64,000 nucleotides of DNA from Myxococcota bacterium (GCA_041579295.1 JBFGGA010000001.1:2339-66338), one strand, 5' to 3'. Counted from the first letter of the stretch, positions 1-9,981 are shown. Numbers and translations are program-made. Notes: generated by a model not told the origin, from the letters alone.

Positions 1-1
1 T

Positions 2-154
2 GCGTATCTGCTCGAGCCCTGGCTGCCGGCGTCGCTGCTCACCGGACTCGCGATCCTCTACGCCGCTTCGGCGGCGCTGACCTTGGGCGGACTCTACGGG
101 TCGCTCCCGTTGGCCGCCCTCTACGCGCAGCGCAAGCGCCTGGAGGCCCCATGA
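2..154 (+). CDS. C-terminal fragment of a hydrophobic membrane protein (5' end outside window)
   Basis: Frame is open from the window edge: AYLLEPWLPASLLTGLAILYAASAALTLGGLYGSLPLAALYAQRKRLEAP*. Its TGA overlaps the ATG of the next gene (ATGA at 151-154), a typical coupled junction. Confidence 0.4.
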   Translation, partial: AYLLEPWLPASLLTGLAILYAASAALTLGGLYGSLPLAALYAQRKRLEAP

Positions 155-477
155 GCGAGACGAAGCAGTGCCCCTGGTGCGCGGAATCGATCCGCGCGGA
201 GGCGATCAAGTGCCGCTACTGCGGCAGCATGGTGGATCCGGGCGTCGGCCTGCGCGGCCTCACCGAGCAGTGGGTTCGCCCCGATCAGGGCCGATCCCTC
301 GCGGGTGTCTGCATCGGACTCGCCGAGCAGTTCGGGGTCTCGGTCACGATCCTGCGGCTCGCGTTCGTGCTCGGCTTCGTGTTCTCCGGCGGCGTGTTCC
401 TGCTCGTCTACGTGATCCTCTGGATCCTCATGCCCTCCGAGGCGGACCGCCGCGTGGACGCGATCGAGCGCAGGTAG
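151..477 (+). CDS. PspC-domain membrane protein with N-terminal zinc-ribbon
   Basis: 108-aa ORF. CPWCAESIRAEAIKCRYCGS is a CxxC...CxxC ribbon. RSLAGVCIGLAEQFGVSVTILRLAFVLGFVFSGGVFLLVYVILWILMP fits the PspC-domain pattern plus a TM helix. Confidence 0.8.
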   Translation: MSETKQCPWCAESIRAEAIKCRYCGSMVDPGVGLRGLTEQWVRPDQGRSLAGVCIGLAEQFGVSVTILRLAFVLGFVFSGGVFLLVYVILWILMPSEADRRVDAIERR

Positions 478-528
478 CGCGCGGACCACCTCGGACTTCG
501 CGGCCGCACGCGGCCGCGAAGCCGCGCG

Positions 529-1929
529 CTAGTCGCTCGCGGGGGGGCTCGCGGATTCCATCGAATCCCGCAACTGCCTCGCCTGCTCGGCGGACGCGAG
601 CCCGCGCGGCGTCGACGGCCCGTAGAGTCGACTCGAGAGGTCCAGGAGCCGCAGCGCCTCGGCTCGCTCTCCATTCGCGAGCATCAGCGCGGCCACGAAG
701 CGCGCGGCGTCCGCGAGGTGTGCGTCGAGCTCCGTGGCGCGCTGGATGCGGAAGGCGGCCTGGTCCGACGAGAGGTCCGGCGCGTGCATCGCCTCCTCGA
801 GCTCGGCGTCGCGGAGGCTGAGGTTGACGCTCAGCGCGGCGCGGTAGGCGGCCACCGTCGCATCCAGGTCGATCCAGGGCAGCACGTTCTCCTCGATGCC
901 ACCAAAGCCGAACGCGCGGCCCCGCAGCGCGCGCACGATCCGCACGTTGGGAGCGTCGAGCGCGAGGGACACGCCCGTCGGGTTCATCAGCGAATCCACG
1001 TCGTCGAGCACGTGGATCGCGCCGTAGAGGTGCAGGATCTCGTGGGCGAGCACGCGGCTTTCGACGGCCTGCTCCGGGACGCGTGCCGCGAGCCCGCGCC
1101 CGAGGAACTCCGCCACCCCCTTCCGGTGGACCGCGTCGCCGCCCGGTAGCGGGCGCCCCGAAATCAGCGCGAAGATCCCGTCGCTCGGCGGGCGCGTCTG
1201 CGCTAGGAATGCCGCGTGGATCGCATCGAGGTCGTTGGGCAGCTCGCCCGCGTCGAACGAGAGGATCGCGATCGGCACGAAGCGGGTCTCGAGCAGCGAA
1301 TCCAGCATCGCGGACGCCGAGAGCCAGAGCGATCGCAGCTGGAACTGCCAGCCGGGCTGCGAGCGATTCCACTCGTCGGCGTGTAGCTCGACGGGGACGA
1401 TGCGGCGCCGCCTCCACGGCTCGCTCACGCCGCGCAGCCGCTGGATCGCCGTCAGCGCCGCGCGCGGATCGAGGTCGGCGAGCCAGACCGCGCGCTCGAG
1501 ATATTCGATGGCCGGATCGGTGCGCCCCGCGTCCGCGAGCGCCTCTCCGGCGGCCAGCAGGGCCTTCGGGTCGTAGGGGTGCTCGAGCGCGCGCAGCACC
1601 GGGTCGCGGATGCCCGAGACGCCGCGGCTGGGGGCGGGGCCGGTGAGCTCGGCGAGGCGCGCGTGCGCGCGCGGATGCGCGCTGTCGCGTTCGATGACCT
1701 GCGCGAGATACGCGTACTCCGCCTCGCGGTTTCCGGCGCGCCGCTGCGCCTCGGCACCGCGGAGCAGCTCGCCGACGATCTTCGCGTCGCTCCGGGCTTC
1801 CGGATCCGCAGCGCGGTTCTGCGACTGCGCGCTCGCGGGATCCGCGGGCGACGGAGACGCCGCCGAGACGGCGGGTGGCGCATTCCCGGTGCACGCGCAC
1901 GCGAGCGCGCCGCCGAGCAGTGCGAGCAT
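529..1929 (-). CDS. Putative exported zinc metalloprotease-like protein (HExxHxxGxxH motif) with TPR-like helical N-terminal half
   Basis: 466-aa non-repetitive translation with ATG verified at 1929. N-terminus MLALLGGALACACTG looks like a short signal or lipobox. HEILHLYGAIH matches the metzincin-type HExxHxxGxxH zinc site. Confidence 0.65.
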   Translation of the reverse strand: MLALLGGALACACTGNAPPAVSAASPSPADPASAQSQNRAADPEARSDAKIVGELLRGAEAQRRAGNREAEYAYLAQVIERDSAHPRAHARLAELTGPAPSRGVSGIRDPVLRALEHPYDPKALLAAGEALADAGRTDPAIEYLERAVWLADLDPRAALTAIQRLRGVSEPWRRRRIVPVELHADEWNRSQPGWQFQLRSLWLSASAMLDSLLETRFVPIAILSFDAGELPNDLDAIHAAFLAQTRPPSDGIFALISGRPLPGGDAVHRKGVAEFLGRGLAARVPEQAVESRVLAHEILHLYGAIHVLDDVDSLMNPTGVSLALDAPNVRIVRALRGRAFGFGGIEENVLPWIDLDATVAAYRAALSVNLSLRDAELEEAMHAPDLSSDQAAFRIQRATELDAHLADAARFVAALMLANGERAEALRLLDLSSRLYGPSTPRGLASAEQARQLRDSMESASPPASD

Positions 1930-1981
1930 GCGGAATGCGATGGCGGGCGAGGCGATTTCGAAGACCCCCTCCGGGACGCGC

Positions 1982-2311
1982 TCAACCCGGAGCCGGCGCG
2001 AGGATGGCGAGCACCACCAGCCGCTCCGCCGTGTCGTTGCGGATCCCGTGTGCGACGCCCTCCGGCGCGATCAGCATCTGGCCGGTCTCCACCGCGATCT
2101 CGCGGCCCTCGAGCAGGAAGCGTCCGCCGCCCGAGAGCACGTGATACACCTTGTCCATGCCCGCGTGGGCGTGGAGCGCGTGCTCCTGGCCGGGCTCGAA
2201 GCAGTTGAGGCCGACCAGGATCCGCTCGGAGCGGAAGAGGGTCGCCTTGCCCATCTTTTCGGCGGCGAAAACCGCGTGCTGCTCGGGGCGAATCGCGTTC
2301 GGGCCTTCCAT
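1982..2311 (-). CDS. Cupin-domain protein
   Basis: GQEHALHAHAGMDKVYHVLSGGGRFLLEGREIAVETGQMLIAPEGVAHGIRN shows the two cupin motifs. Start set at the internal ATG (MEGPNAIR...) because the longer ORF (to 2437) overlaps the divergent gene. Confidence 0.8.
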   Translation of the reverse strand: MEGPNAIRPEQHAVFAAEKMGKATLFRSERILVGLNCFEPGQEHALHAHAGMDKVYHVLSGGGRFLLEGREIAVETGQMLIAPEGVAHGIRNDTAERLVVLAILAPAPG

Positions 2312-2328
2312 GGACCTCTCCAGTCGGG

Positions 2329-3375
2329 GTGAGCGCCGGTCGAATGATATCCCGCGGCCCCGGCATTCGCCGGATCGGACTCGCGCCGGCCGGCTGGGCA
2401 GCTGGCGCCCGTACATTAGAATCGCAGCCGAGGTCATCGCCGTTGTCCGAAGACACCGCCAGAGAATCGCTGCCCGCCGGCAAGCCGGATGCCGCGGCGC
2501 TGCGCGGCGTCGGGGGTCCGGCGCTGGTCCGGCTGCTGCGGCCCCACCAGTGGTCGAAGAACCTGCTCGTCTTCGCGGCGGCCGTCTTCGCCAATCAGCT
2601 GTTCGTCACGAGCTCCGTGAGTCGCGCCGCGCTCGCGTTCGCGTCCTTCTGCCTGGCCTCCTCGTCGGTCTACATCGTCAACGATTTGATGGATGCGGAG
2701 GTCGACCGCGAGCACCCGGTGAAGCGCTCGCGGCCCATCGCCTCGGGAGAGATCGGCACGCGAGCCGCCCTGCTGCTGGCCGTCGCACTCACGTTGGCGG
2801 CGTTCGGACTGGCCTTTGTGATCAACCTGAAGTTCGCGATCACGATCGCGGTCTACATCGCGCTCGTGCACTTCTACTCGATCGCCGGCAAGCACATCGT
2901 GATCCTCGACACGATGCTGGTCGCGACGGGCTTCGTGCTCCGGGCCGTCGGCGGCGCGCTCGCGATCGAGGTCCCCTCGTCGCACTGGTTCGTGCTCTGC
3001 ACCTTCTTCGCGGCGCTCTTCCTGGCGCTCTCCAAGCGACAGGCGGAGATGATCTCGCAGTACAACGGCGCAACCGGGCATCGGGCGGTGATCGGCGAGT
3101 ACAACGAGGTGGCGCTCACCACCTACACGACCACCGCGATCGCAGCCACCGCGATCACCTACTCGCTGTACGCGATCGACTCCGCCCCGCACTTCCCGCT
3201 GCTCCCGCTGACGGTGCCGTTCGTGCTCTTCGCGCTGTTCCGCTACCACCACCTCGTCGAGACGGCGGGACTCGGCGAGCGGCCCGAGGAGGCCTTCCAA
3301 CGCGATCGCACGCTGCAGGTGTGCGTCGCCGCGTTCATCCTCTCCGCGATGGCCGCCATCTACCTGGATCTCTGA
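2329..3375 (+). CDS. UbiA-family prenyltransferase, decaprenyl-phosphate phosphoribosyltransferase-like
   Basis: LRPHQWSKNLLVFAAAVF and NDLMDAEVDREHPVKRSRPIASGE (NDxxDxxxD plus KxxRPxxSG), followed by multiple TM helices. Start is uncertain: ATG 2329, or TTG 2443 preceded by GAGG. Confidence 0.8.
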   Translation: MSAGRMISRGPGIRRIGLAPAGWAAGARTLESQPRSSPLSEDTARESLPAGKPDAAALRGVGGPALVRLLRPHQWSKNLLVFAAAVFANQLFVTSSVSRAALAFASFCLASSSVYIVNDLMDAEVDREHPVKRSRPIASGEIGTRAALLLAVALTLAAFGLAFVINLKFAITIAVYIALVHFYSIAGKHIVILDTMLVATGFVLRAVGGALAIEVPSSHWFVLCTFFAALFLALSKRQAEMISQYNGATGHRAVIGEYNEVALTTYTTTAIAATAITYSLYAIDSAPHFPLLPLTVPFVLFALFRYHHLVETAGLGERPEEAFQRDRTLQVCVAAFILSAMAAIYLDL

Positions 3376-3379
3376 GCGC

Positions 3380-3769
3380 ATGGCGCGATCGCTCGCAGAT
3401 TTCGTGCGCGAAGCCCTCGAGGCGGTCGACGAGATCTCGCCCGAGGAGGCCGCGCAGATCCTCGAGCAGCCGCAGCGCGCGGGCTGGTTCTTCATCGACG
3501 TGCGCGAGCCCGACGAGTTCGCCGCGGGTCACATTCCGGGCGCCCGCAACTTCCCGCGCGGATTCCTCGAGGTGCGCGCCGATCTGGAGCACTACAAACG
3601 CGACCCGTGGCTCGAGGATCGGGGCCGCAAGCTGATCCTGTACTGCGGCGGCGGCCACCGCAGCGCGCTCGCGGGCAAGACGCTGCAGGAGATGGGATTT
3701 CGGCAGATCCGCTCGCTCGCGGGTGGCTGGACGGCCTGGGCCGAACGGGAACTGCCCGTCGAGCGCTGA
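3380..3769 (+). CDS. Rhodanese-domain sulfurtransferase
   Basis: 129 aa. FIDVREPDEF..GHIPGA and the active-site loop YCGGGHRS (CX4R) are typical of single-domain rhodaneses. Confidence 0.85.
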   Translation: MARSLADFVREALEAVDEISPEEAAQILEQPQRAGWFFIDVREPDEFAAGHIPGARNFPRGFLEVRADLEHYKRDPWLEDRGRKLILYCGGGHRSALAGKTLQEMGFRQIRSLAGGWTAWAERELPVER

Positions 3770-3905
3770 GCGCCGCGCCGCGGAGCCGGCCCGCGCGTCG
3801 CGGCTTCAGCCGCCCCGAGCGCGAGCGCACCGTGGGCGCCCCCCGGACGATCGGTCGCCCGGAACGCGCGCGGCGATGCGGGCCCAGCGCGGGCCGGGCG
3901 TTCGA

Positions 3906-4790
3906 TCAAGCGCGCCCGGCCGCGAACTCCAGGACCGGCGCGACCACGAGGTCCGGGCGCTCCATCGGCGCGAGATGACCCGCGTCGAGATCGCAGACCC
4001 GCGCGTCGGCCATGCGCGACGCGAGCTGCTCGTAGATCGAGCGGGGAAACAGGCCGCGTCGCGCCCACCCGATCAGCGTCGGCGTCCGAACCCGCTCCGC
4101 CACCGACCAGAGATCGGTCGAGCCGGTGGCTTCGAAGACCGCGGCCTCGATCTCGCTCCGGCACTTGAGCTCGACCTGACCGTCGGGGCGGTCCGCCAAC
4201 CCCTCGGCGACGTAGAGATCGAGCGCCGCGGGATCCCAACCCGCGAAGAGCGCCTTCTCCGACCACGCGCGCCGGGCGACCTCTCGACTCGGCCAGACCT
4301 GGCGGCGGCTCCGAGCGCCCTGGGCGAGCAGGTCGCCGCGCGGGTTGGGCGCGGAAGCCGCCCGCCCGCGCGGCGGGGCGAGCAGGACCGGGTCGACGAG
4401 CACGTTGCGCGCGAAGAGATCCGGACGCTCCGCGCAGGCCATCAAAATCGAGCTGCCGCCGAAGGAATGCCCGAGCCCGAGCGCCACGCGACCGTCGGGC
4501 TGCTCGGCGGCGAGCGCCTCGGCGACGGCCAGCACGTCGCGCCCGAACAGCTCCCAGCGGTAGTGGTCCGCGCCATCGGGCTTCGAGGAATCGCCGTGCC
4601 CGCGCGCGTCCATCGCGGTCACGTGGAAGTGCGCGCTCAGACGCTCCGCGACGGGGCCCCACACGCCCGCGCAGAAACCCGTCGCGTGATGGAGCAACGC
4701 CAGCGGCCCCTCGCCCCCCCAGTCGAGCAACGCAATCTCGATCGCGCAGTCCGGGAGTGCGAGCCTGCGTCGGCGGACCTGGCTGAGCAT
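3906..4790 (-). CDS. Alpha/beta-fold hydrolase
   Basis: LLHHATGF (oxyanion region), nucleophile elbow GLGHSFGG and a C-terminal AGHLAPMERPD histidine region. Start set at the internal ATG (MLSQVRRRR...), since upstream of it the ORF is Arg/Ser-rich. Confidence 0.8.
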   Translation of the reverse strand: MLSQVRRRRLALPDCAIEIALLDWGGEGPLALLHHATGFCAGVWGPVAERLSAHFHVTAMDARGHGDSSKPDGADHYRWELFGRDVLAVAEALAAEQPDGRVALGLGHSFGGSSILMACAERPDLFARNVLVDPVLLAPPRGRAASAPNPRGDLLAQGARSRRQVWPSREVARRAWSEKALFAGWDPAALDLYVAEGLADRPDGQVELKCRSEIEAAVFEATGSTDLWSVAERVRTPTLIGWARRGLFPRSIYEQLASRMADARVCDLDAGHLAPMERPDLVVAPVLEFAAGRA

Positions 4791-4876
4791 CGGAGGGGGA
4801 GTTTGACGAGCGCGTGAGATCGACGCCAACCTTCGGCGGCCACGAGACCTCGGCCGCGACGCGGTATGCTCTGGCG

Positions 4877-5509
4877 ATGGGCAACCCTCCGACGAGCCTG
4901 GACGCATCGCTGCGCGAGCGCGTGGAGAGCAATCTGGGCAGCTTCCGCAGGCTCCCCGTCGCGCGCAGCGGTTTGCGGCCCGCGGCCGTGGCGCTGACGC
5001 TGCTCGCCGACGCCGAGGGCGAGGCCTGCTTCGTCCTCACCCTGCGCGCCGCGAAGATGAAGAACCACGCGGGCCAGTACGCGCTGCCCGGCGGAAGGCT
5101 GGATCGCGGCGAGACCGCCCAGCAGGCCGCGCTGCGCGAGCTGTCCGAGGAAGTGGGGCTCGAGCTGCCGTCGTCCTCCGTGCTGGGCGTTCTCGACGAC
5201 TACCCGACCCGCTCGGGCTTCGTGATCACGCCGGTCGTGGTCTGGGCGGGAGCGGACATCGAGCTGAAGCCGAACCCCCGCGAGGTTGCCGAGGTCTATC
5301 GCGTGCGCCTCGAAGAGCTCGGTCGACCCGAGGTGCCGAGGTTGCGCAAGATTCCCGAGAGCCCGCGGCTCGTGATCTCCATCCCGCTGGTGGGAACCCA
5401 CGTGCACGCGCCGACCGCCGCGATCCTCTACCAGCTGCACGAAGTCGCGATCGAAGGGCGGGAGACGCGCGTGTTGGACTACGAGCAGCCCGTCTTCGCC
5501 TGGCGCTGA
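4877..5509 (+). CDS. NUDIX hydrolase, CoA pyrophosphatase type
   Basis: FVLTLRAAKMKNHAGQYALPGGRLDRGETAQQAALRELSEEVGLE carries the Nudix box GX5EX7REUXEEXGU preceded by the LLTxR..H.GQ.A.PGG CoA-pyrophosphatase signature. Start is ATG 4877 (or 4814). Confidence 0.8.
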   Translation: MGNPPTSLDASLRERVESNLGSFRRLPVARSGLRPAAVALTLLADAEGEACFVLTLRAAKMKNHAGQYALPGGRLDRGETAQQAALRELSEEVGLELPSSSVLGVLDDYPTRSGFVITPVVVWAGADIELKPNPREVAEVYRVRLEELGRPEVPRLRKIPESPRLVISIPLVGTHVHAPTAAILYQLHEVAIEGRETRVLDYEQPVFAWR

Positions 5510-5621
5510 TCACCCGGTAGCCCATCACCGCCAACGGAACCGGGCCGATCGCGCCTTCACCAAGACAACCGGGGCCCCGCCAGCGCCAGGTACCGCGCCA
5601 CCACCGGCGGAACTGCGCGGG

Positions 5622-5894
5622 CTAAATGCCCATGTCGCTGAGCGCGTCCGCCAGGCGACCGATGGTCTCCGTGATCTTCGGGTGGGATTTCTCGAATCTC
5701 TCGAGCGTGTCGGTCAGGCGATCGCGCAGCGAGCCCGACAGCTCCCGCTCGTGGTCGGGATCGAGCGCCTCCAGGATCTCCTGCGCCGCGCCGCGCAGCT
5801 CCGCGCGCAGCGCCTCGTCGAGATCGTCCGGGTCCTCGATCGCCTCGCGCAGCTCGTCGAGGATCTCGCTCAGTGACGGTTCGGGATCCGACAT
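5622..5894 (-). CDS. Small acidic helical protein (DUF4404-like)
   Basis: MSDPEPSLSEILDELREAIEDPDDLDEALRAELRGAAQEILEAL...ERFEKSHPKITETIGRLADALSDMGI. The FE.SHP....l..l...Ls..GI ending recalls DUF4404 (from memory). Confidence 0.55.
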   Translation of the reverse strand: MSDPEPSLSEILDELREAIEDPDDLDEALRAELRGAAQEILEALDPDHERELSGSLRDRLTDTLERFEKSHPKITETIGRLADALSDMGI

Positions 5895-5917
5895 CTCTCC
5901 CCTTCTCCCCATTCAGC

Positions 5918-6955
5918 CTAGACGTTGAATCGAAAGTGAACCACGTCGCCGTCTCGGATCAGGTAATCCTTGCCCTCGACGCGCGCGACCCCGGCCTCGC
6001 GGCACTTGGCCTCGCTGCCGTGCGCGATCAGGTCCCTCCAATCGATGACCTCGGCGCGGATGAACCCGCGCTCGATGTCCGAGTGGATCTTACCCGCTGC
6101 GCGCACCGCCCGGGAGCCGCGCGCGACTGGCCAGGCTCGGCACTCGTCGGGCCCGACGGTCAACATCGAGACGAGATCGATCAGCGCGTAGGCCGCGCGA
6201 ATGAAGCGATGGCGCGCCGGCTCTTCGAGGCCGAGCGACCGGACGAACTCGATCTGCTCCTCCGGGGGCATCGAAGCGATGTCCCGCTCGACCTTCGCGG
6301 AGAGCACCACGACCCCGAGCCCCCTTTCGCGCGCACTCGCCTGGATCGCGGGATCGAGATCGGAGCCGATGCTCGCCTCATCGATGTTGACGACCAGGAG
6401 CAGCGGCTTGCGGGTGAGCAGCGCGTAGCCCGCGATCATCCTCGCCTCTTCGTCGCTGAGGTCGAACGATCGCAGCGGCCGCTCCTGTTCGAGGTGCGCC
6501 TGGATGCGCTGCAGGAGATCGAGCTCGCGCGGGTTGCTTCGATCCTTGGTGAGGCGCGCGACGCGGCGCTCCACCAGCTCGAGGTCCGCGAGGATCGTCT
6601 CGGTCTCCAGCTCGGCGATCTCCCGCAGCGGCTCGGGCGCTTCGCCGGCGGCACCCTCGAACGCCCGCACCACCTGACACAGCGCGTCCACCTCGCGCAT
6701 CGCATTGAGGATCTTGCGATCGAGACCCTGCGCACCGCCTCCACCCAGATCCGTGAAGCTGATCTCCGCGTAGGTGACCTTCTTCGGCTCGTAGAGCTCC
6801 GCGAGCGCATCGACGCGCGCGTCGGGCACCTTGACCACCCCGACGTTGGCCTTCTCGCGGCTGGCCGCGTAACCGGTCTCGACGGCGATGCCCGTGAGGG
6901 CGCCGAATACCGTGCTCTTGCCGCTCCCGGGGAGCCCGACGAGTCCGATCTTCAT
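5918..6955 (-). CDS. ychF: Redox-regulated ribosome-binding ATPase YchF
   Basis: [22 protein letters not shown] (P-loop) and the C-terminal TGS-like end [19 protein letters not shown]. Start at the internal ATG (codon 32 of the track ORF). Confidence 0.95.
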   Translation of the reverse strand: MKIGLVGLPGSGKSTVFGALTGIAVETGYAASREKANVGVVKVPDARVDALAELYEPKKVTYAEISFTDLGGGGAQGLDRKILNAMREVDALCQVVRAFEGAAGEAPEPLREIAELETETILADLELVERRVARLTKDRSNPRELDLLQRIQAHLEQERPLRSFDLSDEEARMIAGYALLTRKPLLLVVNIDEASIGSDLDPAIQASARERGLGVVVLSAKVERDIASMPPEEQIEFVRSLGLEEPARHRFIRAAYALIDLVSMLTVGPDECRAWPVARGSRAVRAAGKIHSDIERGFIRAEVIDWRDLIAHGSEAKCREAGVARVEGKDYLIRDGDVVHFRFNV

Positions 6956-7066
6956 GGGACGCCGACCGTACAACACGCGGGGACGCCGCGGCCAGCCATC
7001 GCCTGCGAGCGGCCGAGCGCTGCGGATTCGCTCGCGGCGCGCTGCCACCCTGACGGAGTCGCGCGC

Positions 7067-8287
7067 CTAGTTCTCCTTCAACGGTTGCGCGCGGACTCCG
7101 GCCAGCGTCGCGGCGGCGGCGATCCCAAACGCCGAGTTCTCTTGGATGGCAGCCGCCCCCGCCCAGCCGATCGCGATCATCAGGAAACGCAGATCGATGT
7201 AGATTCGAGACCAGCTCGCAAACGTGGCGTCGCCGCGGCGCACCCAGCGAAAGGCGGGTCCCAGCAACAGCAGGTCGAGCGGAAAGAAGATCCACGCGTT
7301 CTGGTTCTCGGTCCAGATCGTCGCGGTCGAGAGCAGCGAGATCGGCAGCAACGCGCAGCCCAGGAGCCCGAAGACGACGGCGACCGGGATCAGCGCGAGC
7401 CCCGCCAATCGCGACAGCCACGCGATCGTTCTGCGCATCCGCCAGGCCGCGAACCCGATCCCGCCGAAGAACAGGCCCAGCGCTGCGCCGATCGCGACGA
7501 GGATCTTGCGGCCGATCCCGACGCCGCCCTGGACCGAGGGGGCTTCGGCCGCTCGAGCCAGAACCACCTCGGAAGCCACCAGTGGAACACCCGCTCCGAG
7601 CGCGGGGTTCTCGGCCGCGGACAGAACGCCGCGCAAGCGCTCGGGTGCGAAGCTCAGCTGCCAGGCGCGCACCTCGTATTCGCCCGCCGGCCCGGTGAAG
7701 AGGTCGTAGGCGATCAGCGCCGGGATCCGCCCCGACCCCGCGGCCAGGATCTCGTCGCGATAGCTGTGGGCGAGCGACGTCTCGTAGGCGGCCCGCTGCA
7801 CGGCGCCACCCGTCACCGCGTTGAGCAGATCCCGCAGGCGCGTCGCATCGTTGTCGAAGACGTCGTCGTACGTGTACTCGGCGTTCGCGGGCAGCAGATT
7901 CGACTCGAGCCGCGTGATCAGATCCGCGAACTGCCCGTCCGTGAGGTTCAAGCGCTGGGATCCGATCTGGCGATCCTCGCGCGCGTAGCGCTGCAGGCGA
8001 GCCGGCGCCGGGTCGCGCCGCAGCGAGAGCCGGGCCCGCCCCATCGCCGCCTCCGCGATGAAAGCCGCCGGCGCGGCTTCGGCGGCCCCGAAGTCGTAGA
8101 TCTCGTCGGCCCCGTCGTCGACGATGCGGAGCAGGCTGTGACCGAGGCGCGCCTCGAGCGAGCAGCCCGGCCCGACCGTCACCACCTCCACGACGGGCTC
8201 CGCGGCGCCCGCGATTGGTGGCGCGAGCGCCGAGAGCAGTGCAACCCAAACCCAGATCGGCCGGGCCCGCCGCGCAACTCCACTCAT
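7067..8287 (-). CDS. Lnb/DUF4105-like periplasmic domain fused to a polytopic membrane domain
   Basis: ATG 8287 gives the signal peptide [58 protein letters not shown] resembles the DUF4105 N-terminus, and the C-terminal third has several TM helices. ATGA overlap with the upstream SCO gene. The rest of the 699-aa ORF is GC-shadow. Confidence 0.7.
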   Translation of the reverse strand: MSGVARRARPIWVWVALLSALAPPIAGAAEPVVEVVTVGPGCSLEARLGHSLLRIVDDGADEIYDFGAAEAAPAAFIAEAAMGRARLSLRRDPAPARLQRYAREDRQIGSQRLNLTDGQFADLITRLESNLLPANAEYTYDDVFDNDATRLRDLLNAVTGGAVQRAAYETSLAHSYRDEILAAGSGRIPALIAYDLFTGPAGEYEVRAWQLSFAPERLRGVLSAAENPALGAGVPLVASEVVLARAAEAPSVQGGVGIGRKILVAIGAALGLFFGGIGFAAWRMRRTIAWLSRLAGLALIPVAVVFGLLGCALLPISLLSTATIWTENQNAWIFFPLDLLLLGPAFRWVRRGDATFASWSRIYIDLRFLMIAIGWAGAAAIQENSAFGIAAAATLAGVRAQPLKEN

Positions 8288-9009
8288 CGCGCCTTCCCCG
8301 ATTCGGGCTCCTCGGCAGCTCGCTGCTCGAGCAGGAGGGTCTCGATGTCGCGGAGCAGGATATCGTGGTCGAGGAACCCGCTGCTGTAGATGTTCCGGAT
8401 CGCGAGGTCGGAATCGACGAGGAACACCTTGGCGATGTGGCGAATCACCCCGAGCGACCTTCCGTCTTCGGCCGAGACGAGCCGGAGCGCGTCCTGCCCG
8501 AAGTCGTCCAGCACGGGGCGGATCTCGCGGTCGGACTCCGCGGTCAGGAAGCGCCAGTCTCCCACGGGCGCGAGGTGCTCGCGCAGCGCCGCCAGGCGCT
8601 CCGGCGTGTCGTTGCGCGGATCGAAGGATACCGTCACCACGCGGACGCGGCTCGCGAGATCGCGACGGGACGCGAGCGCCCGGTCCATGCGGCGCAGCGT
8701 CGCCAGCACCAGCGGGCACCCCCCAGAGTCCGGGCAGCTCGCGTACACGAAGGACACCACCGCGCAGCTGCCCGGCTCGATGTCGAACAGCGCGACGCGC
8801 TCGCCCGAAGCGCCCAGCAGCTCGCGCTGCGCGACGCGGTCGATCACGGGCAGCTGGTAGCTGCCGGCTTCGGGGAGCTGGTAGAGCGGCGGCCCGCCCG
8901 CCGATCCGCCGACCCCGGCCAGCGCGGGGACCGGGCCGAGCAAGGCCGCGCACAGCAGGCGCACGGCGAGTCGGCGGTTGGCGGCGGGCGGGTTCGACAC
9001 GGGCACCAT
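8284..9009 (-). CDS. SCO1/SenC-family thioredoxin-like copper chaperone
   Basis: ATG 9009 verified (MVPVSNPPAANRRLAVRLLCAALLGPVPALAG signal). AVVSFVYASCPDSGGCPL is a CxxxC-like site, VTVSFDPRNDTPERL follows, and the overall length is typical of SCO proteins. Confidence 0.85.
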   Translation of the reverse strand: MVPVSNPPAANRRLAVRLLCAALLGPVPALAGVGGSAGGPPLYQLPEAGSYQLPVIDRVAQRELLGASGERVALFDIEPGSCAVVSFVYASCPDSGGCPLVLATLRRMDRALASRRDLASRVRVVTVSFDPRNDTPERLAALREHLAPVGDWRFLTAESDREIRPVLDDFGQDALRLVSAEDGRSLGVIRHIAKVFLVDSDLAIRNIYSSGFLDHDILLRDIETLLLEQRAAEEPESGKAR

Positions 9010-9144
9010 CTCTCCAGCCCCGCGATCGTAACACCTCGGCGCGCGCCGCCACCTCGATTTGCAGCGGCGACGAACCGGGAGCGCTTCGGAAACGGCCGCG
9101 CGGGGCTTTCCACGCGTACGCCGGCAAGGCACACTGGCCGTTTC

Positions 9145-9981
9145 GTGGCGTACCGGATCCTCGCACTCGACATCGACGGAACGATCCTGGACCCCTTCGG
9201 AAAGCTGCCCACAGCGGTCCGCGAGGCCGTCGCGATCGCCCGCCGCCACGGCCTGCAGATCGTGCTGTGCACCGGCCGGCGCTTTCGCACCGCGCTCCCC
9301 TGGGCCCTGGAGCTCGAGCTCGAGGGGAGCATCGTGGTCAACAACGGCGCGCTGGTGAAGGACATCCAATCGGGCGAAACGCTGCGACACAGCTACCTCC
9401 CGATCGAAGAGTACGCCCCGGTCATCTCGTTCGTGCGGCGCCGAGGGTCGCCGCTCGTCTACATCGACACCTATCACGAGCAGATCGATCTGATCACCGA
9501 GCGCTGCTCGCAAAGCCATGCCTTCCAGCGCGAATACCTGAACGACAACACCGAGTTCTTCGAGATCGTCGACGACCTGCACGATCGACCCCGATCCGAC
9601 GTGATCATGGTGAGCACGATGGCCGACGAGTCGACGCTGACCTCGATGCGCGAGGAAGCGATCCGCGAATTCGGCGACCGACTCCGCACCCACACCCTGA
9701 TCAACAAGAACTACCGGGGGCTGATCCTCGAATTCCTCTCGCCGAAGTCGGGCAAATGGCCCGCCCTCGAGGCCGTCGCCACCGAGGCGAAGGTCGCCGC
9801 GGAGGAGATCATCGCCATTGGCGACGACACCAACGACATCGAGATGATCCGTCGCGCGGGCCTGGGAATCGCGATGGGAAACGCCGCCGCGGAGGTCAAG
9901 CGAGCGGCCGATCGCGTCGTGCGCAGCAACGCCGAGGGCGGTGTCGTCGAGGCGATCGAGCAGGCGCTGCTGATCGTCTGA
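9145..9981 (+). CDS. Cof-type HAD-IIB phosphatase
   Basis: GTG 9145 gives VAYRILALDIDGTILDP (DxDGT motif I). CTGR is motif II and IAIGDDTNDIEMIRRAGLGIAMGNA is motif IV. Confidence 0.85.
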   Translation: MAYRILALDIDGTILDPFGKLPTAVREAVAIARRHGLQIVLCTGRRFRTALPWALELELEGSIVVNNGALVKDIQSGETLRHSYLPIEEYAPVISFVRRRGSPLVYIDTYHEQIDLITERCSQSHAFQREYLNDNTEFFEIVDDLHDRPRSDVIMVSTMADESTLTSMREEAIREFGDRLRTHTLINKNYRGLILEFLSPKSGKWPALEAVATEAKVAAEEIIAIGDDTNDIEMIRRAGLGIAMGNAAAEVKRAADRVVRSNAEGGVVEAIEQALLIV

